64,000 nucleotides of DNA from the human T2T-CHM13v2.0 reference genome, Homo sapiens: NCBI RefSeq assembly GCF_009914755.1, contig NC_060936.1, one strand, 5' to 3'. This document shows, piece by piece, positions 15,208 to 29,600 of the stretch. A program made the position numbers and the translations under genes. The notes under the pieces are model-generated. The model did not search any database and had not been told where the DNA came from. It saw only the letters and a program-made list of their open reading frames with translations. Within the stretch, counting starts at the first letter, position 1. Every line of letters begins with the position of its first letter.

Positions 15208-15848
15208 GTATGTATTCCACAATATTTCAGAATTTCAATGTTATAAACATTTTAAATCTACTGAATTTTAGTTTAGAACACTATTTTCTATAAATAAAAA
15301 AATGCTTTAAATGAACTATTTTCCTGTTTTATCTTTTTGTTTCTTTATCAACTTCATTCTGTTTGCATGAGCATATGTAAACATCCGAGTTCTCAATATA
15401 GCTTGTCTTCTTTTACTGTTAAACTATGGGAGTGGTTACTTAAATTTTTTAGATTAAGGATAGGGTAAGAGCATGCAGTCTAAGGCAGTTCAAGTCAAAG
15501 CAAGTCCTCTGAACACAGAGAGGATCTGGCAGAAGGCAAGGAGTGGTGTCCCCCATACCTACTTCAGTTCTATCTTTACTCAGCAGCTGATTCGAAAGCC
15601 ACCTTTCAGGATCCCAGGTAGAATATTGGGAGCATCCTGCAACCCAAATATGTGCTATGATGTGAGGACTGTAATATAGATATTTTACAATCTGTGAGAC
15701 ATTAAAAAGCATTTTCAAATATCCCAGTGAAACAATTGGTAGAAGAGGATCATATAGACTTTACTTCAGAAAGAAAATCTATCTTGATATGCAGGCAAGT
15801 ACTGGGTCAACTTTGCTTGAATGATCAGATCTCCTGGTTGGTTTTCAG

Positions 15849-15987
15849 ATACGGGGTTGAGCCACCAGTGTTAGTAAAACTTGAGAAAGAAATTGAGTTA
15901 GAAGAGACTTTGCTTAATACTTCTGGGCCTGAAGATTCCATCAGCATTCCAAAATCATGCTGTCGGCATGAAGAGCTACATGAAGCT
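15849..15987 (+). CDS. GAS2L3: GAS2-like protein 3, coding exon
   Basis: TTTTCAG acceptor, GTAAGT donor; 139 nt, phase 2 to 0; YGVEPPVLVKLEKEIELEE...HEELHEA. Confidence 0.96.
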
Positions 15988-16229
15988 GTAAGTAGTTGCC
16001 ACACTTTCTTTTGACCATGATACCTTGAAGTCTCATAGTTTTAAGCACTTCTAGTGTGCTACAGGTGATGCTATTTTTAAAAGCAAGTGTTTCTTATTCA
16101 GAATATAAACCGGTACTATTCTCCATTCTCTGATGAATTCAGGGCATTATATTTTAAAGGTGATTTGTTATTGCTTGTGTATGATGAGGAATAAATGTGT
16201 AGTTGAGGAGTGGTGGGGCAAACAGATTG

Positions 16230-16600
16230 GAACTCATCATGAAGAGAACTATAGGCCACAAGAATTCATTGATTCTTTTTTCAGTCTGGTAGTATTGTAA
16301 TCTGATTTGCAAATTATAAGGAATATTCTCATGGTCTTGTAGAGGTTATATTGGTTTTGTGGTAATAATCCAGGCATAAGATGAGAGCTTGAACTTGAGC
16401 AGCAGTAATGGGGATGGAGCAACAGGAACAAATATAAGACATATTTAGGAAGAATTGTTAGGAGAATTGACAGGAATTAGTGAGTGTTTGTGTGTGAGAG
16501 AGAATCTAGGGTGATTTCCAAGGTTTCTCTAAGTAGATGGTATATTGATCCTTGCAGAATACAGGAGGAGGAAAAGTTGTGAGGGAAGATTGATGGGTTT
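16230..16600 (+). mobile_element. L2 remnant
   Basis: L2-like phrases (GCAGTAATGGGGATGGAG, GAATTGACAGGA, GGTGATTTCCAAGGTTTCT); highly diverged. Confidence 0.5.
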
Positions 16601-19254
16601 TTTTTTTTGAGCATTCTCTCCTCCAGAATATATCCAAACTTGTTAGATGATAGGTTACAACTGGACAGTCTTCTTAACTTTATCTGTTCATTAGGTAGAA
16701 GTTAATAGAATTGCTCTTCCTTGGGTTGTGGGTCTTCTGCAGTGACTACAATGTGAACAATGAAGGTGAACTGAGCATGAACATTTTCTGCTTAGACTGT
16801 TGTTTGGACTGTAGCATTTTATAAAGGGGTTAAATATACAAAATTAAGAAATAATGAATAAATCATTACTAATAAACATTTTAAAAGTATTGCTTTGATT
16901 GTTTTGTTTAATGTAATAAAAGTCTATAGTAAAACTATCAGATAACCTTGCAAGACAGATTAAGAACATGTCAGAATGAATAACTCTTTTATCTGGCCAA
17001 AATATCTACCTACATTATGCTATTCATGTGTGTGTGTGTATATATATATAATGATTGTCAATATCAATATGGGAAGCAGAAAGAATGCAGTAGGTAGAAA
17101 ATAAAATTTAAATCTCATATAACCTTAAAGAATGATAAATGAAAAGGAAACATTGGAACAATATTTTTATCAAGTGGAAAATACAGTGTGTTCATTTCCC
17201 TATTATATAAAGACCTTACACAATTTGATAAGAAAAACTTGCAGTAAGTAAATGGGCAAGGTCTGTGTTCACACAAGAAGAAAGTGCAGTGTTGAAACTT
17301 GCTGATAATCAAGGAAATCAGATTAAAACAGCTATGAAATACCATTTGCCCCACTAGCAAGATTTTTTAAAACTATTAAACCTGGTGCTTTTAAATTCTA
17401 GCAAACTGTACTTAGTGTTTACTGTTGGCAATGGAAAATGATGTAAACTTTTGAAAAAGAAATGGACAAATATTAAGAGCTACAAAAATATTACTTTTTC
17501 ATTTTTATTGTAGTTGAAGAGGGAAAAAGTGGCATAAATGAAAGTGTTTATTACATTAGGACTTAGAATGGTGAAAAAGTAAATACCCTCAAATAGGGCA
17601 ACGGTTTGGCAAATTAGGATTCATAATCTTAACAGGATAATCATTGTGATCATTGTGAAGAATAATGTAGCAACAAGAAAAATGTTTATTTTGTGTAAAA
17701 TATGTACATATAGACAAACTGTATAGAAATGAGAATGAAAATAATAGTAATATAGTACCTTTGTAGATTATTTTTATTTCCTTAGCTATTTCCTTCAGTA
17801 TTGTAATGTAAATTATGTAATAAAATCAGAAGAAATCATTTCTTACCTACAGCTCTTATTTCTTTTAGGCTCATGCCTTGTTCTGATTGTGGGTTAGTGC
17901 TGATTTGTACTGCTCAATATAAGTGAGATTCGGGTATCTTAAATAAGGAAAAGATACGACTTGTTATATCTGCATTCTTGTTATGAAAACTAAAAAGAAA
18001 CATTTCTCTAAATATATGTGTGCTATATGAATACATTCATTGTCTACCTGTGAATATGTGATCTACAGATATCTTGGAAAATAAGGAACAATTATTTTCT
18101 GATTCACGATTTAGGGTCCTGTTACAAAATATACAACAGCAATTCTATATACTTAGGAAATTTTTACAGACAGAAAGTGGTGACTAAAAGATATATCTCC
18201 TTTCAGATTACTTTGGTTAACTAATGTATCAGCATGGTTCTAATAACTGTAAGCCCTTTCCCAGAGTTCAGTTTATTTTTCACCATTTTATGCACATGGT
18301 GTGTATGTTTGTATCAACATAGATGCAGATGTGCACGTGTGCATGTGAACAAGATAAACTTGATTGGGTGACTTATGAAAATCAGTTCTATTTGTTTATA
18401 CGCACGTTATTTTGTTAAATAAATGATATAGGAAAATAAGTTCTGGACCTTTCCTTTCAGGCCCTAGTGAATCCACAGGTGTTCATTTGATTTAGGTAGA
18501 TATTTAAGACAATCATATAAATTTCTATTGGTGCTCAGCTAAATTAGGCCTATCTAAAGAGACTCTCTTTAATATCATGCCTAAGTTTAGTTATATGAAT
18601 TCGTTTTGATAAATTTTGTGTGGCAATAATTGAGAAAAACATTCATGACCTTCCTTTTTCAAAAATGTAATTTTAGGAAAAGCCAAATATTTTCCACAGT
18701 GGCTGATGTGTGACTTTTTTCAGTCATAGGTATTTCAACAAATATCTTTACTTAATATATTTCCATTTCCATGTTTTAAATATAGAATTCTTAAATTTGT
18801 TTTTATATTTACTGCAGTTCTACCATTAAAAAATATTTATAATAATAGAAAATTCTATAAGCTTCTTAACTGGTTGAAGTAGGGTTCCCCCATGCCAACT
18901 CCTACTTCCTTAGCAGGCTACTGAAACAGAGCATTTTTAGAGAAATGCATCTTGAATTGAAAATTTTAAGAATTTTATCCAATCTTGAGAGAATAGATGT
19001 AAATATGTTTCTGCCAATTTTAATAATAAATTTGATCAAATCTAGATATTTCCCCCAAAATATTAGTTTAGTACACTTTTAAGGGACAAGTGAAAATTCC
19101 TACTTAGCCTTTACTGACTGGCCTGTCTCTGATTTGACATGTATTATTAACTCAGGGCTTAAAATAAATTCAAGCTTAATAACGAACTCATATGTTTCCT
19201 AAAACTCAACAAATGTGTTAATTGACCTCACTGTGTTATATGTTCGAAGATGAA

Positions 19255-19282
19255 GGGTGGTGGGGAGGGAGGGTGGGGGGGG

Positions 19283-19323
<41 letters not shown>

Positions 19324-19349
19324 GCACTGAGAGAGAGACAGACAGAGAG
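19255..19349 (+). repeat. G-rich run followed by a (GA)n microsatellite
   Basis: GGGTGGTGGGGAGGGAGGGTGGGGGGGGG then (GA)n, read directly. Confidence 0.9.
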
Positions 19350-19359
19350 ATACCAGCTA

Positions 19360-19470
19360 GGCTGTTTGGATCTGAAACCTGGCTCTGCTACTTACTAGCT
19401 GTATGATCTCAGGCAAGTTTAACCTCTCTTTGGTAAAATTGGGGAAAATAAGAATTTTACCACAAAGTCA
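19360..19470 (+). mobile_element. MIR fragment
   Basis: MIR core CCTGGCTCTGCTACTTACTAGCTGTATGATCTCAGGCAAGTT. Confidence 0.75.
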
Positions 19471-19674
19471 TTTTGGGAAGACTGTGGCTTTTTTATGTTA
19501 GATTAGCAATGTCTAATCTCAATATTTGTTAATAAGCACAGGAGAAGCGATTAAATTATTGAACCTGAAATTTTTATCTTTGAGTTTGGTTTTCCTTAGC
19601 TATCAAATAATATTACACTTTAAACAAAATGCTTTTTGTGACAAGCACTAAATTTTATTTGTTCGTCATCTTAG

Positions 19675-19782
19675 GTTAAACATATTGCTGAGGACCCTCC
19701 TTGTAGTTGTTCTCATCGATTTTCTATTGAGTATTTATCTGAAGGACGGTACCGACTAGGGGATAAAATACTCTTTATAAGA
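19675..19782 (+). CDS. GAS2L3: GAS2-like protein 3, coding exon (N-half of GAR domain)
   Basis: CATCTTAG acceptor, GTAAGT donor; 108 nt; VKHIAEDPPCSCSHRFSIEYLSEGRYRLGDKILFIR, containing the GAR motif CxC..F....EGRYR. Confidence 0.96.
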
Positions 19783-20146
19783 GTAAGTCCATTATTTACA
19801 CTTTATTTACACATAAATACTGTTTTGAAATTGGATTTATTGCTTTACTAACCTTTTGCTCTCCTTTTACTTTTAAAAACATTGGAAAAGATGCTATTAA
19901 TGGAAGGATTTCACTGTACAGGGAAAATGGAGTAATTTCTTTCATGAGTATATAATGAGTTTAGGTAAACACTCATCACAGCAAACAACTAACTTCAGGA
20001 TAGCTAAGATTATTTAGGCAGTGAGTATAATGGGGAAAAATCCTTGCATACCTCAAGGAACATATTTCTCAAATTTTCTTAGAAAAAGGAATAATTTTCC
20101 ATCATAAGAAGAAAAACCAAAACATCTAATAAGATTGAGTATCCAT

Positions 20147-20184
<38 letters not shown>

Positions 20185-20961
20185 AAAGAAAGAAGTGTAG
20201 AGTTTATAATAATACAAGCCTTGGGCATTAAACAGAAAATATTTTTCTCATTGACACAGAATCAGTATGTATACCAGTATGCTGATATATATGTTCATTT
20301 CCTTCCTCTGTCCCATCTACAGTTGATTAATTGTTCCTTTTGTTGGTAAGGAGATTGAAATTTCACCTGTTCATCATTCTTTCCACTTCTCATACAGAAG
20401 CTGTCTTATTTCCAATTTAGGAAAATAATATAAAAGTATTTAAAAATATTATTTCACCATCCATATTTTCTTCTATTTCACATATTATTACCTCCTCAGC
20501 CCCACCTAGCTCATACAGAAACATTTGCATGCATTTTCTTTTAATTAGCTTTCTGTTTTAAGGCAGTATGATGTAGTAGTGCACAGAGCATAGGACTTAG
20601 AGTTAAAATTTGTGGATAATCTCATACAGTTGTGCAGATTTGCTTACTGAATGGACAGGGCCCTAAAACCCAACTTGAGATATATTGGCAGAGCCAGGAT
20701 GTCTTATTTTTAGGATGCAAGTTATATGTAAATACCTTCCTTACAAATTGGAAGATTTTGTATCATTAGTTGCATAATTCAATGTGAGTTAAATTTATTA
20801 TATTAATAATACAAGAAACAAACTGTCAATTTGTAGTGAGGCTGTTGGCAAATGCTCTGAATTTTATAGATCACAGACATCACATATTGTAACTGCTAAT
20901 GAATTGTAACTATAAACCTCACAGTATTACAGCTTTACTTTTTGTTTTCCTTTGGGGGCAG

Positions 20962-22290
20962 ATGCTTCATGGAAAACATGTCATGGTTCGCGTTGGTGGA
21001 GGCTGGGATACTCTTCAAGGATTTTTGCTTAAATATGACCCCTGTCGAATATTACAGTTTGCCACATTAGAACAAAAAATTTTAGCATTTCAAAAAGGAG
21101 TTTCTAATGAAAGTGTACCTGATTCGCCTGCCAGAACACCTCAGCCTCCTGAAATGAATCCTTTGTCAGCAGTTAACATGTTTCAGAAACAAAATTCAAA
21201 ACCCAGCGTGCCAGTTAGTATTCCAAAAAGCAAAGAAAAACAGGGACGTCCACCAGGTGCATTGGTGCCAGCATCTTCACTGAAAGGAGGTAATCTGGGC
21301 TCTATGTCAGTCCGTTCTAAATTGCCAAATTCTCCAGCAGCATCTTCTCATCCCAAGCTCAAGTCTTCAAAAGGCATAACGAAGAAACCGCAGGCTCCTT
21401 CAAACAATGCATCATCTTCACTTGCTTCATTAAATCCAGTAGGTAAAAACACTTCTTCACCAGCTTTACCAAGAACTGCACCTTGTATATCTGAGTCACC
21501 GAGAAAATGTATTTCATCCCCCAATACCCCCAAGGCCAAGGTTATTCCAGCCCAGAATTCAGCAGATCTGCCCGAGTCCACACTTTTGCCAAATAAGTGT
21601 TCAGGAAAAACTCAACCTAAGTATTTGAAACATAATCATATTTCTTCCAGAGATAATGCAGTATCTCACTTAGCTGCACATTCAAATTCATCCTCAAAAT
21701 GTCCCAAGCTGCCTAAAGCAAATATACCTGTAAGACCTAAACCTTCTTTCCAGTCCTCTGCAAAAATGACAAAAACCAGTTCCAAAACCATAGCCACGGG
21801 TCTAGGAACACAGTCTCAACCATCCGATGGAGCCCCACAAGCAAAGCCAGTCCCAGCACAGAAACTTAAATCGGCCTTGAATTTAAATCAGCCAGTTTCT
21901 GTGTCCTCAGTTTCTCCTGTAAAAGCCACACAGAAATCAAAAGATAAGAATATAGTTTCAGCTACCAAAAAGCAGCCTCAGAATAAAAGTGCATTTCAGA
22001 AGACAGGACCCAGCTCCTTGAAGTCTCCTGGCCGTACCCCACTGTCCATCGTGAGCCTACCCCAGTCTTCTACCAAAACACAAACTGCACCGAAGTCAGC
22101 ACAGACTGTCGCTAAGAGCCAGCATTCAACTAAAGGGCCTCCCAGAAGTGGCAAAACCCCAGCTTCAATCAGGAAACCACCCTCATCTGTTAAGGATGCA
22201 GATAGTGGAGATAAAAAACCTACTGCAAAGAAAAAGGAAGATGATGACCATTATTTTGTCATGACTGGAAGTAAGAAACCTAGAAAATAA
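20962..22290 (+). CDS. GAS2L3: GAS2-like protein 3, terminal coding exon (C-half of GAR domain plus S/P/K-rich disordered tail)
   Basis: CAG acceptor ending at 20961; MLHGKHVMVRVGGGWDTLQGFLLKYDPCR is the GAR signature. 442 codons to TAA. The five exons total 593 aa, consistent with the recalled 694-aa protein if 101 aa lie upstream of the window. Confidence 0.97.
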   Translation: MLHGKHVMVRVGGGWDTLQGFLLKYDPCRILQFATLEQKILAFQKGVSNESVPDSPARTPQPPEMNPLSAVNMFQKQNSKPSVPVSIPKSKEKQGRPPGALVPASSLKGGNLGSMSVRSKLPNSPAASSHPKLKSSKGITKKPQAPSNNASSSLASLNPVGKNTSSPALPRTAPCISESPRKCISSPNTPKAKVIPAQNSADLPESTLLPNKCSGKTQPKYLKHNHISSRDNAVSHLAAHSNSSSKCPKLPKANIPVRPKPSFQSSAKMTKTSSKTIATGLGTQSQPSDGAPQAKPVPAQKLKSALNLNQPVSVSSVSPVKATQKSKDKNIVSATKKQPQNKSAFQKTGPSSLKSPGRTPLSIVSLPQSSTKTQTAPKSAQTVAKSQHSTKGPPRSGKTPASIRKPPSSVKDADSGDKKPTAKKKEDDDHYFVMTGSKKPRK

Positions 22291-24227
22291 ATACATACTC
22301 ATTATAAAAAAAGAGAAAAGGAAGAATGAATGTGTTAGCTTCACATCTTAAAAGTTTCTCCTATTTGTGTCTGTCTAAATAGGTGCAGACACTAAGGATA
22401 GTGAGGATGGAGGCTGGGATGAGGAAAGGGTTCATCAGAATTCACATATCTGAATTCACTGGAAAGAGCCCTTCTGAAGCAAACAGTTGTAAAATCACTG
22501 CAAGGTTTTTATTAATAATAGACATGTATATGATTTTCAGTCTATAGCATCTTTGTTAACATCTGCCTTTTGCAGGAAATGTAAAAGTTATTTAACACTA
22601 CAAGAATTTTAACAATAGTTGCTCTATTTTTGAATATGTATTAAATATGGAGTTCATATACCTGCTAATATCAACGGTGGTGCTCTTACTATTAGTTAAT
22701 TGCATTTTGGTTAAAAAAAAAAAAGCAACAGTTTGGCACTTGTCCTACAAAAGGCACCTAATTTAATTTTCTGATCAGGATTGCCTGATCCAACAGTGCT
22801 AAGTCATGGCTGCTGCTGACTAGCTTGGCATTATTCTGTGTTAGGTAGAATTCTTATTATTTATTTTTTTAAGCTTTCCAAATTGGAAGGAACTGATTGT
22901 TTCATGTGGCTTATATTTACATTGGTAATATTTTGTCACCAATATTTTTGGTTAAAAAAAATCCAACAAATTAACTTACTGAAATATAAACAAATTTTGT
23001 AAACAATTTTTTATATTATCTATAAAAACGTAGACACCTTATGTTTCACATGTTGTGCAATGTGACAGGGGAAGCTGATTTAGTAGCTTTTAGCATATTA
23101 AAAATAATTTTTTATAATGTAATTTCCTGTGAGTGCAGACCTGACATTTTACATTAAAATAATGTGAAACATCAGAATTATGTTTTAACAACTTTAAAAT
23201 TAAGATGATGTTAAAATAATTTTAGAGTTATGCTATGTAAAAATTCTATCATGAAATTATTTTTCTCTAGATAGCACAATACCAATTTTAATTAATTTCT
23301 TCCAATTAGGTTACTTTTCTTTAATAAAGTTATGCTGCCTTCAGTTTTCCAATGGCAAGTAGACAGGATATGTTCAAGGTTTTCTGCACTGTAGGCACAG
23401 TCTCTCAAGCATATCCTGATCATGTAATGACTGCATAAACTCCATCAACCTAAGGTGATACTTGTAAATAATTTATTTTTAAGGGATGGTGACTTTAAAA
23501 ATTATTAATGAACTTTGAGAAGTTTTAAGAGTGCTTTTAAAACTTCACAGTATTGCCAATTATCTTAGGTTATTCAGTATTCAGGTTTGTGTTTCTCTGT
23601 TTTAAACTAAAATGTGTTTTCTGAAGAAAAAAATAATAGTTTACACAAATGTACAATCATAGAATAAGCATTTTAAGCTGGCGACTAGTGTTCTATAGAT
23701 TACAAAGCAAGAAAACTTTCTATGAAGATAAATGACCTTTTGCCTGAAGAGTACAGATAAAATCAAAGATGTGTGCAAGCTAGTTTTTGGAAGAAGTGAT
23801 GCTTCTCTTCTTTAAAGAGACAGTCACCAAATACTTGGTTTAACTCGACTATTGACTTGGGCATTGAGAGAGATGATATATACATCTTTGGAAAGTGAAG
23901 TCAATGTTCAAGAGGTGATAGAAGCTTTACTTTTTAGTGATCAGAAATATTTAGTGCATCTTTTCAGACAGGAAGAATTTTATCATCAAGTATTCCCTTA
24001 TAAAACCAAGTAACACTTCTTTATCAGTAACTTTTAGAACTTAAAAGAAAGCAAAAAGTAAATGGAATTGTAGGCAATTTATGAATCCTAGTAGATTTTA
24101 CAATATGTAATTTATGTTGTTTACAGTATATAAACACTAAGTTTTGTGTTAAATGTGATCAGGAATAAAAGTATCCCACAGGCATCTGACACAAATTCCA
24201 GAATTAGCCAAAGAATTGTTTATTTGA

Positions 24228-24523
<296 letters not shown>

Positions 24524-24649
24524 TTATTTGAATAATTGGAAGTCAGTTTATACATTACTATTTTTCAGCAGTAGGGAATTTCTCCAATTACATTCATGTT
24601 GAATGAATTTTTATTTATATATAGCTTACCCTTCCAAAATAAAAGTGTT

Positions 24650-24993
<344 letters not shown>

Positions 24994-26260
24994 TAAACAA
25001 TATCCGAAAGACAATTAGTTTCTTCAGATGTATTTTGAAATTCTCCTAAAGAGCTAGTGTTTCTATTCATTTTCACAATTTAAAAACAGCTCTTAACATT
25101 GCTGAAGTTGGGAGAACTTTCCATCTCTTCTTAATAACAGTGCAAGATTTTGTAAATTCTTTTTTGTGTTTAATGTTTAATAAAACGAGTATTAAGCTTA
25201 AATTACTGAAGTACCTGGGAGAAGTAATGATGTGTACTTTCAAAAAAATGGAAAATGCTTTTATTTTATTTTCTATAATTTGTTAACATGATATGTAAAA
25301 TTAAACTTCGGAGCACAATGAAATGCCGATTATTTTTACCTTGTTTGGGCTTAAAGTAGGTATTTAAGGTTTATGTGTTCAAAATGCCTTGGTAAATTGG
25401 ATGACCTCTAACTTTACTGTCCATATGGAGTTTGTCATTCTTTATGGATAAGAGAACTTAAGGAAAAGTTACTGTTTTTCTTCAGTCTTTTTATATCTAT
25501 CTGATTTAAAATCTGTTACTTTATTAAAAGGCTTCAACAACAGGTTGTTAGGATGTAGTCTTACATCCAGGTTCACATAATAACCCCATTTGAATCCAAA
25601 TTTGTGTATATTTTCTTATGCCAGCAGTATTTGTATCCAATTTTAACTTAGGTTTGTTTTCTTGAGTATTAAAATTTAAACATATATACCAAGGTCTCAG
25701 TTTGCTTTTTTGGTGTATTCTGAATACAGTCTGATCACTTAATTCATGTTGGAAATTGCATATAGGAAGAATTCATAATTTGAGAAGAGTGCTGTTTAAA
25801 ATGCTTTCTTTATATTTGTGGAATTTATTTCACTGCACCCAGGAGATTATAAGGCCTTGTCATTAATCAACAGTATTTGTTCCTCAAGTTGCTGTATATG
25901 CTGGATGTTTTTCCAGAAAGACCAGACTCACATTTAATAATGTTTGAAATAATAGAGATAATTTGTTGGTTATCAAGGTAGAATTCTATAGGTCATACAA
26001 GCATTGTGTTCACCAAAGATGACTGATATCAGGAATTTCCAATTTTCAATTCCTGTAATCCTGTTTTAATTTCACACTTTGATACAGTTAGTATATTCTT
26101 GCATACTCATCTTTTTCCTATATTCATGACCAGAGCAATTATAAAAAGCAGTTAATTCCATATATATTTCCTGTGACATTTCCAAAAAAGGAAACAAAAA
26201 CAACGTAGACAAAATTTTAATTGTATTTTCCTAACCCTTTGTGAATGTAAAATTTTATAA

Positions 26261-26629
<369 letters not shown>

Positions 26630-29600
26630 TAAGTCTGAAAATATAAAGGCACACATTTTATTAAATTTAAGCTGTTTTCTTAACACTGTTTTGTTCTTGT
26701 AGAAAAACACAGTAAGACTTGAGGAAATAATACATGCAAAGATTTAGTTATAAGGATGTTAATTATAGAATATTAATATTGGTATAGCCATAAAGTAACA
26801 GTCATTAAAAACATTGTAGACAATGACTTATCTTAAAATTAGTACATGTGATGAAGTGGTTTGTCTTGAGAGACTGCAGTGATAAAACATTATTATGTAA
26901 TATTTCTTCTGCATTCGGCCAGGAATAGCACAGTACTTGTTACATGGTATATGGGCTCAATAAATGTTATCTATTATATTTAACCTCTTGTGGGTAGTCT
27001 TTTAGGGTTTCATATGATACATTTATTTAATATTTTCTTAAATTACTTTAGGTAAATTATTTCACAAATTATATTGGAATGAACAAATAGAATAGAATGA
27101 ATTAGAGTTGTGTATGACTGTTGACTTCTAGTAGTGAAATGTGGCAGTGTTAAAACTCTAGTATCTACTCAAACCATCATTTATTAATACCTACTGATTT
27201 TTATTCTGGGAGATAGAGGAATAAGACAATCATATTCAAGAACCTTGGGTTTATATAGCACTTTGCAAGTCACAAAATACTTGTAATTACATAACATGCA
27301 ATTTTTCCAACAGTTCCATGAGATGGGTATTATCATTAGAATGTAAGCACCAGGAAGGTAAGAATTACATCTGTTTTGTTTACCACTGCTCCCAAAGCCC
27401 AAACCAGTCCCTGGCACTTGGTAGGCGTTCAGTAACTATTTGTTAATAAATGAATGAACTCCCTTTTTTACAGATGAGGAAACTAAGGCTCAAGAAAGTT
27501 GTTAGTCAATATAAAAATACCTACTGGGTTAGATTAATTGAATTTTATTTAAAGGATGATTTTTTAAAGCTTTTTATACTTTTCCACAAAGTGTTGAGTT
27601 GTACTCCACGTTAATATCCAGAAATAGGACTTACGTAGCATCTTTAAAAAAACACCTGGAATATCACCTCTTGCTTTTTCTTTATTTCTTAGAAAAATCT
27701 TGTTTTTGAATTATACTTTATTAGATATTATAAACTTGAAGATTTAGAGATTAGCATATTCTTGTATTTTCTAGTTTAATATTTATAAATCACTGTGTAC
27801 AGAGCTTTGTTCTTGGAACAATGAATTATTGCATTCAGTCCCAGGACAATACAATAAAGGTGCTCTGTAAATATTTGGTGGATAAATGAATGAGAAAAAA
27901 GTTAAATCTAGCACAAAATGCTTATGCAGTATTGGCAATTAAATTTTCTGACAGTGCAATAGAAATAGACATTGATCAAAGTTACTGTAAGTAACCCTAG
28001 AACCTCCTTTAAAAAAAAAAAACATTTAAAAATAAGTGATTGTCTTCTGAGTGAGCAGGTTTCATATGCTTCTCCCAAAAGAGAAAAAAATGTAAATTTC
28101 TTTCACATAGCCTTGAAGATGTGATACGAAGTTGTATTATGTAGATCCCTTTAATAATTCATTGCACCATGCTAGACATGCCGGAATCCAACAATGAATG
28201 GTTAAAGAATAGGCTAACCTGTGGTGTGTTTTGGAAGGGGAGTGAAATGTGACATTTAAAATTTTTATTTTAATCCCAAGCACTGAAATTAAATGAAGCA
28301 AGTGTCTTCAAACAGCAATTTGCAGTGTTTCCGTTTACCCTAAGCATCAGAAAAAGCATCTTTTGAAGTGTGAGTGCATGAAGCCCCAGGACTCCTTACA
28401 GGTAAGGGGGAAAAAAAAATCAACCCTGCTGAGAATTATAGCCTTTGAAATCTGTGAGGCTCAATGGGGAAGTTAAGGGAGAATAGTTTGGAATCCTAAG
28501 AGGCGATACCAGCAGATAGGTGCCAGGCATTGTTCCTTTGACTTTACCCATTATTTTCCCCCATCCCAACTCTTCACCTGGCACACAGTTACCCTTCGTG
28601 TCTCAGCTTAAATATCATTTACTCAGAAGCCTCCAGACCCTCCAACCTTACATTTTTTTGATCATTGCATTGCATCTAACACTGTAATTTCCCATTTACT
28701 TATCTAAATCTCTCACCAAACCTAGAATGAGAACTCTGTCTCACTTGTTCACAGTTGCACCCCTTGTATTTAGCACAGTGCCCAGATGTTTGTGGAAGAA
28801 AGGAAGGAGGGAAGGAAATATCCTTTTACTGATAGAAATAAGCCATCAATATGTGTAAAGAGAACCTCTAGCTTGATTTTGTTGACCCACCTACAGTGCA
28901 GGGATTTTTCCTGAGAAAATGGTGTGGTGGAGTTTGAAGAAGCCTGCAGACATAACCTGTTTTAGAGAGGAGAGGAGGGAGGGGAAAAGAGGGCAGTTAT
29001 GAGAGGCCTTAAAGTTACGGATTTCTTTTGTTGCGTTAACATCTAGAGATTGTAGTATTTTTACAGAAGAAAGATGCTGGAAACGTCCCAATTTATTGTC
29101 TAGGTTTTTTTTTTTGTTTTAAAATATTTATTTTCAGGGTTGTGAGAGGCTACTCGGAGCGTAACACTGACATAGACTAGCAAGTGTCCTGCCGCCACCC
29201 AAGTTAATCCTCACAGGGAACAGAGGAGGAAACTCAGTCTGTTAGTTTTATTTCTTTAAAATCAATCTCTCAGCAGCAGAATGAAGTCAAAATAATCGAG
29301 ATAGTCATCTCAGGGCGTGATGGTAATCATCCCAGGTGCTAGCCCCTTCAACAGGTCCTCGATGTACTGAGTCTAGCACAGTAAATTCCTTTTATTATAT
29401 GTATTTATGATTATTTCTAAAGCAGTCTCCTTGGCCACAATGCAGTGAGACATCATTCATTTGCTCATTTAGCAAACAAGCTCTCTGAGCACCTACTCTG
29501 ATATCAAGTGTCTACTCAGACACTAAGTTAGGTGCTAGGGATATCACAATAAGCCTAATTACTGCTGTTAAAGCGATTACAATCTTCATTCCAGGGTTGT

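Noticed and set aside
20899-20961. ORF-track N-terminal extension MNCNYKPH... of the 463-aa ORF
   Set aside because: Intronic: it is the polypyrimidine tract and CAG acceptor of the last exon, and the GAR domain continues from the upstream exon.
29105-29400. Strong-looking splice acceptor (TTTTATTTTCAG at ~29138) as an extra exon
   Set aside because: No convincing reading frame or paired donor; cannot be supported without transcript data.
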